Source of the DNA: Podarcis liolepis
Taxonomy: Eukaryota
DNA length: 64,000 nt
Strand: one strand, 5' to 3'
NCBI GenBank assembly: GCA_965112155.1
Contig: OZ218101.1
In this document: piece after piece, positions 38,137 to 50,133 of the stretch
Numbering within the stretch: position 1 is the first letter of the stretch
How the letters are laid out: each line of letters opens with the position of its first letter
Position numbers and translations under genes: made by a program
The notes under the pieces: generated by a model
What the model was told of the DNA's origin: nothing
What the model saw: only the letters and a program-made list of their open reading frames with translations
The model's database searches: none

Positions 38137-39192
38137 CTACAAGAAAAAGAAGCAGAAAACAACGCAGGATAAGCCACCATCAGGAGTGGAAAGGCTTCTG
38201 TTTTGTTTTATCTGCTACTGGCAGAATCCTTGTCTTAAGGATTGGTCTTCTCTACCATCTTTTCCTCCTCTCTGGCCAGGGGCAAATTGTCTTCAGGGGG
38301 GCGAAAATCACACTGCCAAGTGAAACCCCTTTCTAATTTACTCAAGATTTTCTTTCTCAGCACCACGGCTTTCAAGACGAATAAGTTCCAAACACTGGTT
38401 TATGTCTGCATACTATTATACCACCAGTGATGGCAATATATTTTGAGGGAAAGAGCAGCTTGGTTGTGCATGAGGCCAGCCTGCGATTTAAGAGTCGTGC
38501 CCTCAGTTTATGACTCAGTTGTTACGTCTAATGGTAGAATTCTATATTTGTGTTGGTTAAACAGAGAAATAAACTAGTTTTGTTTTCATCTCGCACCGAA
38601 AACATCAAAACGGAATGTTGAGGTTTTCAGTCCTTGTTGGATGGGTCCTGCAACAGCTTTCTGGTGTCTTTATGCATAGCCAATGCTGTGGAGAAACCTG
38701 TAGTGTGCAACAGAAACATTCATCTATTTTATATGCCACCTTGCAGTGTTCAGGACGTATGGTGGTTTAAGTTTTAGAAATAATTTCAATATGAATGGCT
38801 TGAACTGCACAGTTCTCAAACTGTCCCAACTCAAATTTTAAATGAGGTTTTACTTCATTGAGCATTTTGAGGATAACTAATGATTCGGGACTATAGAAAT
38901 AAATGCATTGTGAATGCTCTCAGAGAAGTACAGTTAGGTTTGTTGTTGGGTTAAAAATTCTAGCCAAGATTAAAAATTCTAGCCAAGCTGTGGCCTTCCA
39001 GATGTTGCGGGACAACAAAAGTGCTCTTGTACCTTGGGTCCCCAGATGTTGCTGGATTTCAGCTCTCATCACCCCCCTGACCACGGGTCATGCTGGCAAG
39101 GATTGATGGGAGTTAGAGTTGCTACAATTTCTGGATGATGGCAGGTTTGCCACTCCTTCTCTAAGGGGTGGGCGGGAGAGAGAAACTAAATA

Positions 39193-39647
39193 CAGTGGGA
39201 CCTTGGTTCTCAACGCCTTGGTACGCAAACAACTTGGAACCCAAACACTGTAAACCCGGAAGTAAGTGTTCTGCTTTGCCGAAAGTGCTCTGTTTTGAGT
39301 GCCTCACTACCGTTTTGAGTGTTACGCTGAGGTCTGTCTGTTTTTTGTATTTTTATTGCATTTTTGTTTTTGTGGCTTTTTTTGTGTGACTGTGTGGAAC
39401 CCAGTTCAACTACTGATTGATTGATTGATTGATTGATTGATTATTGCTTTCATTTTATGGATCAATGGTCTTGTTAGATAGTAAAAGTCATGTTAAATTG
39501 CTGTTTTATGGATTGTTTTTAAAAGTCTGGAACGGATTAATCCATTTTGCATTACTCTCTATGGGAAAGCGCACCTTGGTTTTGGAATGCTTTGGTTTTG
39601 GAATGGACTTCCAGAACGGATTAAGTTTGAGAATCAAAGTATCACTG
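39193..39647. mobile_element. Tc1/mariner-pogo MITE with internal (GATT)n
   Basis: TA-cagtgggaccttgg...caaagtatcactg-TA. Confidence 0.8.
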
Positions 39648-40801
39648 TAAGAATTTTTTGAATCCTAAGCAAATTGAAGGGAATGTAAACCAAACAGTGG
39701 GTGGGTGGGTGCGCATGTGTGTGCGCGCGCACACACACACACACACATTTGTTTGGGGGGGGGGGTACCATGATATGAAATTGTTTCCCACTACAGATTT
39801 AAAGATAACTTATTCTAACTTGGACGAAGTTCAGTATTTTATACACTGCACTACAGTAGCTTTTAATGGAAACCTCAGCATACAGCAAGACAGCTCCATT
39901 TGTGCCTTGGCTTTCTATCATCAGGCAATCTTAAACGATTTACAGTCTAAAAGAACAACTGACTAGTAGTGACATTTGCAGGCCAATTCACAACAGAGTC
40001 CTGAGCGATGATAAGTTTTTGTTGGAAGGAGAGGGTGGGGGGGCGGGGAGAGATGGTTGCTCTAAAATTCTCCCACAGCTGTCAATGAAATAAGACCTCT
40101 GCTCTGCTTGCCTTTGTAGTCCTATAATTCTCACCGAATTGAAATAAAATCTCTCCTTTTCAAACCGGAAACATTGTTACATAGCGGGTGAATGTGTGAT
40201 GATAAAAACTGACGGGTGGGCTTCCTATTCTGGAACACTAGTGTCACAAAACATTGTGTTGGAGAATGAAAAGACCTTGATTTTCCTAACAGGCCGAAAA
40301 AGAAAAAGAGGCGAGCGACAAAAAGACAGCTTTGTAGAATCTCTCCATATTTCTGTTAAGCTATTTCACAGCTGGGACCATGACTGGGGAACTGATTTCT
40401 GTTCTGATCCATAGTTCTACAATGCTGCCTTTCCTGATGAAAGGCAGGGGGGAATAATTAAGTCAACTTTTTGTTTGTTAAGGAAGTGTCTGCTATATTT
40501 TTTAATGGCCAGAAGCAGAATAGCACTGAGAACTTCCTGGGGATTCCTTGACGACATTTCACACATTACACAGAGGCAAAGCCCAGTTTGCCACCAAGCC
40601 ATACATTCAAGGAGGAGCTGCATCCCAATAAGTGCAATTACTGTTGTGCAAATGTATTTGTCACATTCAAACATCACATTTTTCATGGCACGTAAGGGTA
40701 CACCTATAAAGCGTTATGTGTGGTGGCCTTACGAGGGCTTACTGCTGCAGTACTCAGACAGGTGCTAAGATTATAAAATTGCCTTCACCTAAGATAAGAC
40801 G

Positions 40802-41138
40802 CAGGTGGCACTGTGGGTTAAACCACAGAGCCTAGGACGTGCCAATCAGAAGGTCGGCAATTCGAATCCCTGCAACAGGGTGAGCTCCCGTTGCTCGGTC
40901 CCTGCTCCTGCCAACCTAGCAGTTCGAAAGCACGTCAAAGTGCAAGTAGATAAATAGGTACCACTCCAGTGGGAAGATAAATGGCGTTTCCGTGTGCTGC
41001 TCTGGTTCGCCAGAAGTGGCTTAGTCATGCTGGCCACATAACCCGGAAGCTGTACGCCGGCTCCCTCGGCCAATAAAGCGAGATGAGCGCCGCAACCCCA
41101 GAGTCGGTCACGACTGGACCTAATGGTCAGGGATCCTT
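40802..41138 (-). mobile_element. Sauria SINE
   Basis: 12-bp TSD taagataagacg at 40790-40801 and 41139-41150. Confidence 0.95.
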
Positions 41139-41957
41139 TAAGATAAGACGTGGAGATATTCTAGAATTCTTTGATCCACTCCCTAGAGAGCAGATAATCC
41201 CATTCTGCTATTTTTTTCCAACTTACCATTTTACCTTTTTATCTTATCCCCACCTAAGATATTCTTAAGCTTATTCTTTCAGCCAATCCTTGAGAGGACA
41301 TCATCACCTGTTTGTCCTTATTGCATCTTATAACCAAGACCCCTCATTATCATACACCTGGTCTGTGTGGTCAGCTCCTCCTGTTTCTCCTAGTTCCCTT
41401 TATTACTCCATTCTTCAAGTTTTAGTTATGCACTATATAAAAAGAGAAAGCAACACCTGTTGCACCTGTTTACAAAAGTTGCAAGGCAGCCATGTACGCT
41501 TCATACTCTGCTTACTAGTCAAAGAAATCTGAGGCTAACTTTTTAAGTAGAACAAAGTCTACATGACTCATATCACTTTCTTTTGCCTTGAAGATAAAAT
41601 GTAAACAGAAGCAAGACAATACATCTTAATATTTAAATAGAGGGACTGTTTGTCTGTGATAACAGGGTAACTGCAGCAGCATGGATTCTGTACAAGGCAG
41701 GGGGTCTTATGCCCTCCTCTGCTACCCACTTCCTGTTTGGATCTGAGGAATTATTTTTTTAAAAAAATCTCAGCTCTCTGTACTTTATAACTTGGGCATT
41801 AAAATACTCAACCCACTTACTTTGAAGAAATCCCACTGAACACAGTATGACACTATGCGAACAAGACTGTAGCTGTAACATATCACCATCTCTCTCTTTT
41901 TTAAAAAAAAACATACCAAGGATTTAAAAAGTAGAACTATATACAACAAATGATATT

Positions 41958-42095
41958 TGCTTTCGTAGATTTTCACGGGTACAGGAATGCAGGTTTTGGT
42001 GTCTTCGGGTGTCTTCCCGTGTAAGAGTTGGGGTGTCTAGGCCTAGACACCCCAACTCTTACACGGGAAGACACCCGAAGACACCAAAACCTGCA
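41958..42095. mobile_element. Penelope-like insertion containing a perfect 108-bp palindrome
   Basis: Arms 41988-42041 and 42042-42095 are exact reverse complements; caacaaatgatatt is duplicated on both sides. Confidence 0.7.
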
Positions 42096-43339
42096 ACAAA
42101 TGATATTATTTCTAGAGAAGACTTCCTAAAGCATTTCAAAGATATTTAAGGCTTTCCTCTCACTGTGCTCGTGTCCCTTTTGAATTTGTTTTCCCTACCT
42201 AATTCAAAACTTAGTGTACACTGACAAGACCAGTCTTGAGTCTCCCATAGTAAAGTCTCCTGTGCTGTTTTGTGCTCCATCACAATCTTCAGGATTAGCC
42301 ACAAGTGACATCTTGAGAATACATACATCAAATTCCAAACAGCAAGGGGATATTCAAGGCATTTTTGGTGGGCATCCCACAACTGTGGAAACCCCTTTCC
42401 TCTAGAAGTTCATCAACCTGGAAGCCTGGGTACCATCTGAAAGTTTTATAAGACTTTCTTTTTTCAAAGTTTTATAAGACTTTCTCTTTAAGATAGATTA
42501 TTGGGGGTGGGGGACCAGAGCTAATCAACAAGGAATCTAATTTTAGAATTCCTCCATTATTACCCCTCTGTTATTGTCCATGACAAGTCGCTCAACCATC
42601 GCTACTGTGTCCTTTGTTTTAGCAGATCAAGATGATCAGTTGACAGCAAAAACTGCAAGGTTTATACTGGGGGCAATTAGAATAAGATCTATTATTTGAT
42701 TATTGGTGTAAAGCCCCAAAATGTATTTTCTACAGCCAAGTTTTTACCTCTATCTTCAGTACATTTTATTTTATTGCTATGGCTAGTGGCTGATGCAAAT
42801 AAAGATTCTTCTGATTCTCCATTAAGCAAGTATTCTGTTCTGTGTTTCTGCCTCCCCTTCTTAAACTATTTTTACCCATCTCCAGCCCTTGGGAATAGGA
42901 AGGCTAGAAGCTGAATGAATGGGCAATGACCCTGGAAGTTCAAACTTAGGTATATTAGTATTCTGTTCATCCTGTGTTTTCTCCTATAAACATTTATGCC
43001 TAAAGGAGGGCCAGACCAGGACATTTTGCCACTTCAGGCAAAATAGAAAATGCTTCTACTCCCCGGCTCCAGCCACCTCTGCTGCCGCTTGCTGTCGATG
43101 AGCATGGAGGAGGAAGCCACAGCAGCAGACAGGCATGGAATAGGAAGCGGCAAGTGGCAGAACAAGAAGCCAGATCTCAACTGCCTCATATTGCCTCATT
43201 GGCGGGCCAGTCTGGCCCTGGTCTAAAGTAGTGGCTGACATGGGCAGCAGTCAAATCTTACAACCCTCAAAATTTCTTTCATTTTTTAATCAGCTGATCA
43301 TCTGTTGATGTTTTATTTGTTGTATTTTTATTTGGAAAC

Positions 43340-43425
43340 CACAGGCATCTGGCTGGTCACTATGACACCAGAGTGCTGGACTAAATGGGCCATTGGCCTG
43401 ATTCTGCAGACCCTTCTTCTATTTT
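43340..43425 (+). mobile_element. CR1 LINE 3' end
   Basis: ggcatctggctggtcactatg...gctggactaaatgggccattggcctgat. Confidence 0.65.
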
Positions 43426-43644
43426 TTATGACTCCTGGCTATTTTTTAATGTATTCCTCTCATATTTTAGTTGGTAATTACCTGCTGCTGTTGCCTCAGT
43501 TGTTGTTCTTGTTGTTTCTGTGTGTGATTTGTTCTTTTGTAAGCCACCCTACACATTGCTTTACAGTGGAAGAGTGGGATATCCCCCCCCCAAAAAAAAT
43601 ATGTGCATTTACTTAGAATAAAGTCTCAATAAGCTCACAAGAGA

Positions 43645-43987
43645 GGTAAAGGTAAAGGTAAAGGGATCCTGACCATTAGGTCCAGTGGTGGCCGACTCTG
43701 GGGTTGTGGCGCTCATCTCGCTTTACTTTACTGGTGTACAGCTTCCGGGTCATGTGACCAGCATGACTAAGCCGCTTCTGGAGAACCAGAGCAGCACACG
43801 GAAATGGCTTTTACCTTCCTGCTGGAGTGGTACCTATTTATCTACTTGCACTTTGACGTGCTTTCGAACTGCTAGGTTGGCAGGAGCAGAGACCAAGCAA
43901 CGGGAGCTCACCCCATCGCGGGGATTCGAACCGCCGACCTTCTGATCGGCAAGTCCTAGGCTCTGTGGTTTAACCACAGTGGTTTAA
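43645..43987 (+). mobile_element. Sauria SINE
   Basis: 11-bp TSD ctcacaagaga at 43634-43644 and 43988-43998. Confidence 0.95.
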
Positions 43988-44038
43988 CTCACAAGAGACT
44001 TACTCCCAACTAAATGTGTACAGCATTGCTGCCTTAGC

Positions 44039-44174
44039 CAGTCCTATTTTTCTAGAAAAAGAGGTGCCAGAACTCACCATGAATGCTTCCCTTGTTCTCT
44101 TATAATGGCAATGGCACCCATCTAAGAGGTGCCGGAACACTGTTCCGGAAAGTTCTGAATGAAAAAAAAGCCTG
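44039..44174. mobile_element. hAT mini MITE
   Basis: Exact 8-bp TSD gccttagc; ends cag...ttttt / aaaaaagcctg; internal gaggtgcc(a/g)gaac repeats. Confidence 0.85.
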
Positions 44175-46079
44175 GCCTTAGCTACAATTAACCTTTGCTA
44201 GATAGGGACTATAGGGAAAGTCGTCAACTAAGTTTTCCTCAGAGTAGACCTATTGAAATTAATGGACCTAACTAAATTAAGTTAATTAATTTCAATGGGT
44301 CTACTATGAATCAAGTTTACTTGAATACCATCCATAGTTTTCATACTGAATAAATTTATAGTTACAAAAAATACAAAAAAAAATGTCACCAAGCAAATTC
44401 TAGAGCATTAATCCCTCTCTGCCTCACTTCTCCTTCTTCCTATTGTTTCAGTGTCCCAATTCCTGTATGTCACTTTTACAATATATGAGCACACAAACTT
44501 TAGTGATAATTAAGCCACTTTCCTGAATTTATTATTTGGTTAAAAATGGCACCTGGCAGAAGCACTGTCAAACATGACAGAAAGAAAAATGGTTTTGCGT
44601 AGAAGATCTTTCCCAACAATTCTTTTTAAAAAACACACCACTGCAAATAGACTGAAATGCTTCTTTTTAAAGATAACTGTACACTTTAAAGACTAGAATA
44701 TGTTAGCTATTGTTTGATGGAAGAACCTGCACTTAAACACTTAAAGAAGATATTTCTTTTTATATTCAGTTTTTACTGAGCTGCTTCATTATTACAATAA
44801 ACAATGCATATTTATTTATCAATAAAAAACAAACACACATAAAAAGCTGTCTCTTTTCGCCCTATAGCCATTTCACAAAAAGCATCTTGCATTTCCCATC
44901 GTTCCTGATCAGTGAGAATACTGGCTGGGGCTGCATGAAGATGCAGTCCAGCAACTCCAAAAAGGCCACGGATTCCCATTCCTGATGTATATCAGCAGTC
45001 AAGTAAGTGTGTCCCTCCAGGAAGGAACCAGCGATACATGAGGGTTATTTTCAGTAATTAATTCACCTTATATACCTCTCTTTATACAAAAATCACAGGG
45101 CAGGTTGCATAATAAAACTTTAAAATAGGTAAAATAGACAGATACACAGATGAAACTCCGCAGTATATCAGTTACACAGAGGAAGGAACAAAGCGGAAAA
45201 TGCTGAGATTGGCCTTATGCGATAGTCTCTCGTGTGATGGCAGTTGCATCAGTAAGGGGGTTGAGACTGCTCTTCCTTGATGCTGATTGGTTCTTAGAAC
45301 ATCACAATTCTAAGGCATGCCACAAATGATCTCACATACTGAGAAGATGGCACATATGACCGGAAGTTCAAAGACCATGTGCCAAACAAGCAACATACCC
45401 AGATGCTGGGAGCTTCAAAAGGACAGGGACCAAGTTAGATGCTCCCATAAGCACGTCAGGATAAACGGGACAGGTGGAGACCTCAACTCTGACTGGTGAA
45501 TGAGGAAATCATCCCTCCACGGTTGCCCCACCTCTGGCTAGAACACGTAAGCCAGGTCATGAGCATCACCCTCCCTCCCTCCTTCGGGAAGCTCTCTCTT
45601 TTAGCTTGTTAGATTTTGATCCTTCAATGGAACTTCACATGGATCTATGTAACTATGGATTTGCATGCTTCCATGCTGTAACTTATTGGCTCATTTTTAA
45701 GGCCTTAAGAAGTATTACAGCTGACTATTGGATCTAAGGTGCAAGCCAAACTATTCCCCCACTGACAGGGCTTTGCGGAGCAACGAGGCCACAACTGCTT
45801 CCTGACTGGCACAGCAACTGGACCCAGACTGGGCCAGATGACATCATGTGGCAGCAGTGAGACCAGCTCAGGCTCCAGCAGTTTCCAGGCTGGCTCAGCC
45901 CCATTCCCTCCGCGCCCCCCAGAACATACTGTCTAGGGGCTTTCCCCTGACTGCCACTGACAGCCCTCTCTCATATGCATTTTTGGGGTACAGAAGAAGG
46001 AGGCTGGGGCCAACTGAATGACACTTTGCATCATTCATCAACACTGGCTGATAGGAGGCAAACTCAGCTGGGAGGGATA

Positions 46080-46432
46080 GGTAAAGGTAAAGGGACCCCT
46101 GACCATTAGGTCCAGTCGTGGCCAACTCTGGGGTTGCGGCGCTCATCTCACTTTATTGGCCGAGGGAGCTGGTGTACAGCTTCCAGGTCATGTGGCCAGC
46201 ATGACTAAGCCACTTCTGGCAAACCAGAGTAGTGCACGGAAACGCCGTTTACTTTCCCGCTGGAGCGGTACCTATTTATCTACTTGCACTGGCGTGCTTT
46301 CGAACTGCTAGGTTGGCAGGAGCAGGGACCGAGCAATGGGAGCTCACCCCTTGCGGGGATTCGAACCGCCGACCTTCTGATCGGCAAGTCCTAGGCTCTG
46401 TGGTTTAACCCACAGCGCCACCCGTGTCCCTT
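46080..46432 (+). mobile_element. Sauria SINE, full length
   Basis: 13-bp TSD gctgggagggata at 46067-46079 and 46433-46445. Confidence 0.96.
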
Positions 46433-47809
46433 GCTGGGAGGGATACCTCCACCTAAATCCATACGTAACAGGGTTTGGAGTGCTATGCCTGTCTCATGTT
46501 TACCTCTGGGGGGGGGGGAACTCAGGACAAATGGATTCTGGTTTTGGCAGAATCATTCTGGAACCACACTACTGATTGGCCTCAACTCAAGTTTATTTTG
46601 AGAGCTGAATTGTTCTTTTAAAAAACAACTCTTTTAAGGATTTGTAACCTTTTAAAAGTGCTGTTAGGTTGAAACAGTTTTATTTTGTGAGACCGTTATA
46701 GTTCTGAACTCCTTAGCATCCACATTTAACCACATCTAACTTTTTTAAGTCCATAGAGAAATTCGGCAATGCTTCAGTGAGCGAAGCATTTAAAAATTCA
46801 GGTGGTGTGCAGGAGGGAGTTAAGTGGATGTAGATTTGCTTAGCATGTTTCATCTGCAGCATTTAGGATCAGGTATGCTGAAGGGTCGTGAGAGGAAACT
46901 GTATAAACAGTTTAACAGAGGAAACTGTTAAAAGATTTATGTACCCAGCAATGCTAGAGGTCCAATTAACCATTTTGACTTGCTACTTTTCTAGTGCCAG
47001 CTCTGGCTACATGCCTTTTGTTTTCTCTTAAGTTTATATTGCATCTCCTCTCACTGCTACCAGTATAACCATGAAGGCTGTTCTAAATGCTCATATGCAC
47101 CCTCAGAGCAACACTTTAATTTACTATATTATGGTGCAAGCCTAACCATGTCTACCCAGAAGAAAATCCTACGGAAATGTCCTTGGCACTTACTCCCAAG
47201 AAATTATTGCAGCCTTACTTATAGACTGCACCACTTATAGCATTGAAAAAGTTACAAAGCCACCATGCAAACTTGTAAATTTCACACTCTTTTAAAAAGA
47301 AAATGTTAATTCATTCCAGTGCGATTTTGAGACTTTTTTTAATGATTTTGTAACTATTTGGACCTGGTTCATTTTCTAAATTATCACTGATATCCGTGAA
47401 ATAGCATGCAGAAATGCATATTAGGGAAAACTGGTCTGTAAAAAGTGTGTTTATTAAGCAACATTTGCACTAAAATGCTGTTGAATTTGCATGGACTTAG
47501 AAAAAAATGCAAACTGATGCGAAAATGTGGGGAACTGAACTTGAGAATGGAAAAAGGAGAAACCAAGAAAAATGGCAGATTCGCCCATTCCTACACAGGG
47601 CTGCTTCCAACTAAATTTCCCTGCTGGTCTCCCTTTCACCTAAATTTACCATCTTTGCCATCAATGGATTGATCCCAGGTGCATAAGACATCATTTTCAG
47701 ACACCAGTGGAATATTCCAAATTATAAACTACATGGCCTGTATTGGCTATAACGTTCATGAAAGTTAAAGCTTGGTTCCAGATAACAGGACACAACAACA
47801 GGACACAAC

Positions 47810-48260
47810 CAATGGCATATGTGTTCCAGCATCCTGTCTGCCAACCACATACCTATGGGAAGCTCAAAAGCAGGCAGGCAACAGTAGCCGTCTCTCACTG
47901 TTGTTCTTCAGCATGCCAGCTTTGTCCCTCTAGGCACCATGCAACTCTCAGGAACAGTAGGCAGTAATAGCCTCAAACTTCATGAATTTGCTTAATCCCC
48001 CTTTAAAGCAAAGTTGGCAGCCACACACCACATCTGGTGCTAGCAAATTCCATAGTTTACCTATGCGCTGCGTGAACAAGTTTTTCCTTTTGTCTGTTTT
48101 GAATTCATTTGATGGTTCATTTGATGACCCAGGTCCCAGTGCGAGAAAAGGAGAAAAATATATTCTGTAGCTACTTCCTCCTCCTATGGTTTACACACTT
48201 CTTCTAACATCACCTATTTTTCCCCTAAAAAGCTCAAAATGTTGCAACCATTCCACATAC
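47810..48260 (-). mobile_element. Old CR1 LINE 3' fragment
   Basis: ttccagcatcctg, catgaatttgcttaatcccc, ccacatct...aattccatagttta motifs. Confidence 0.7.
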
Positions 48261-48960
48261 ATATTACTTCTGTGGAGACAATTAAGTGATGGGGGAGGGG
48301 AAACAAAGTTAACTTGGTGAGCAAGTTTGGATGATAAGGCTTTTAGCCTGCTCTCTTAAATACGCAGATCCAGGAAAATCAACTCTCTTGTTCCACCTGC
48401 TTTGTCTGCCTTTTGAGCCCTGAATGTATTAGTGCTTTTGGGATTGCTGCTGCATGATCCCATTAAGGCTCAAAGCTCAGTTATTCATGCATGAAGTGAT
48501 TAATTTTTGTTTTAACTCGCAAAATTTCCTACCAGGTTCAATACAGTGATTAATGAGACTAATTATGCATTAAAAACCAACTCGTGTTATAATTACAGCA
48601 AAATCCATATTACACCAAGAAACCAGTCATGGGGGGGTGGTAATGGTCCCATTTAAACAACCTTTGCTCTTTTAAGACACCAAGTACTTAGCAAATATTT
48701 TTTTCTTCCCAACTAGCTTTGGAACTGCAAGCCTGTTTGTTGCAAGCCAGTTTGTTTGTTTGTTTGTTTGTTTGTTTTCTTTAAGTGTGAATCTGAACTC
48801 TTCTCATTATCACAGGAAACAAGAAAAGGCATACAAATGCAACCACCAGATCATCAATAGCACCAGCCTGTCTGAGATATAAAACTGCAACTTCCCCAGT
48901 TTATTAGATGACATTTAAATAACCAAGGAAGAATAAATGATTCTGTTAGTATTTGATTTA

Positions 48961-49128
48961 CCATATTTTTTGCACCATAACACTCACTTTTTTCCTCCTA
49001 GAAAGTAAGGGGAAATGTCTTGCGTGTTATGGAGGAAATGCCTACGGGTGGCATGCCTACGGATTTTCCTTCTCTAAAAACTACGTGCGTGTTATAGTCA
49101 GGTGCGTGTTATAGAGCGAAAAATACGG
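48961..49128. mobile_element. Tc1/mariner-type MITE (ccgtattttt TIR)
   Basis: TA-ccatattttttgcaccataa...ttatagagcgaaaaatacgg-TA. Confidence 0.8.
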
Positions 49129-49130
49129 TA

Positions 49131-49475
49131 CAGTGGTGCCCCGCAAGACGAATGCCTCGCAAGACGGAAAACCCGCTAGACGAAAGGGTTTTCCGTTTTG
49201 GAGGCGCTTCGCAAGACGAATTTCCCTATGGGGTTGCTTCGCAAGACGAAAAAATCTTGCGCGTCCCCGCAGGTTTTTTTCGCTCCCCCCCTTTTCCTAA
49301 GCCGCCTATCAGCTGTTCCGCTGAAAAACCCGCTTAACAGCTGATCACGGAAAGCCGCTAGACCGCTGTAGCGCTAATCCACTAGGCTGTCAATGGGCTT
49401 GCTTCGCAAGACGAAAAAACCGCTAGACGAAGAGAATTGCGGAACGGATTCTTTTCGTCTTGCGAGGCACCACTG
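49131..49475. mobile_element. Tc1/mariner-pogo MITE (gcaagacgaa family)
   Basis: TA-cagtggtgcc...ggcaccactg-TA; opposite-orientation sister copy at 59355-59669. Confidence 0.9.
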
Positions 49476-49534
49476 TACTTCACCATTGCTATACAAAGCA
49501 TCACAAGATTCAATAATATAAGACTATATGCATG

Positions 49535-50005
49535 TTGCCAACAAAGGTCCGTATAGTTAAAGCTGTGGTTTTCCCAGTAGTGATGTATGGAAGTGAGAGC
49601 TGGACCATAAAGAAGGCTGATCGCCAAAGAATTGATGCTTTTTGATGCTGGAGGAGACTCTTGAGAGTCCCATGGACTGCAAGAAGATCAAACCTATCCA
49701 TTCTGAAGGAAATCAGCCCTGAGTGCTCACTGGAAGGACAGATCATGAAGCTGAGGCTCCAATACTTTGGCCACCTCATGAGAAGAGAAGACTCCCTGGA
49801 AAAGACCCTGGTGTTGGGGAAGATGGAGGGCACAAGGAGAAGGGGATGACAGAGAATGAGATGGTCGGTCAGTGTTCTCGAAGCTACCAGCATGAGTTTG
49901 ACCAAACTGGGGGAAGCAATGGAAGACAGGAGTGCCTGGCATGTTCTGGTCCATGGGGTCACGAAGAGTCAGACACGAATAAATGACTAAACAACAACAA
50001 CAACA
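49535..50005 (+). mobile_element. BovB LINE 3' fragment
   Basis: BovB ORF C-terminus, (CAA)n tail, 9-bp TSD atatgcatg at 49526-49534 and 50006-50014. Confidence 0.95.
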
Positions 50006-50010
50006 ATATG

Positions 50011-50133
50011 CATGGGTGTATACAAGAGGGGCAGGGGGGGAAGCTGCCCCCCAATAAAAATCAATACAATATGAGGATCTGCCCCCCCAACAAAAGCCTC
50101 CCCCCCCCAACAAAAATCCTGGTTATGCCCATG
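50011..50133. mobile_element. hAT-like mini MITE (catggg...cccatg ends)
   Basis: TSD actatatg (49523-49530) / actatagg (50134-50141) becomes adjacent once the BovB copy is removed. Confidence 0.7.

Noticed and set aside
38951-38987. Short tandem duplications (also about 42440-42486 and 54542-54572)
   Set aside because: Ordinary slippage or repair duplications
45270-45600. LTR/ERV-like composition
   Set aside because: Could not identify TG...CA ends, a TSD or a second copy
49131-49475. Spaced gcaagacgaa repeats as a CRISPR-like array
   Set aside because: Eukaryotic DNA; these are internal repeats of a TIR-bounded MITE, with no cas genes
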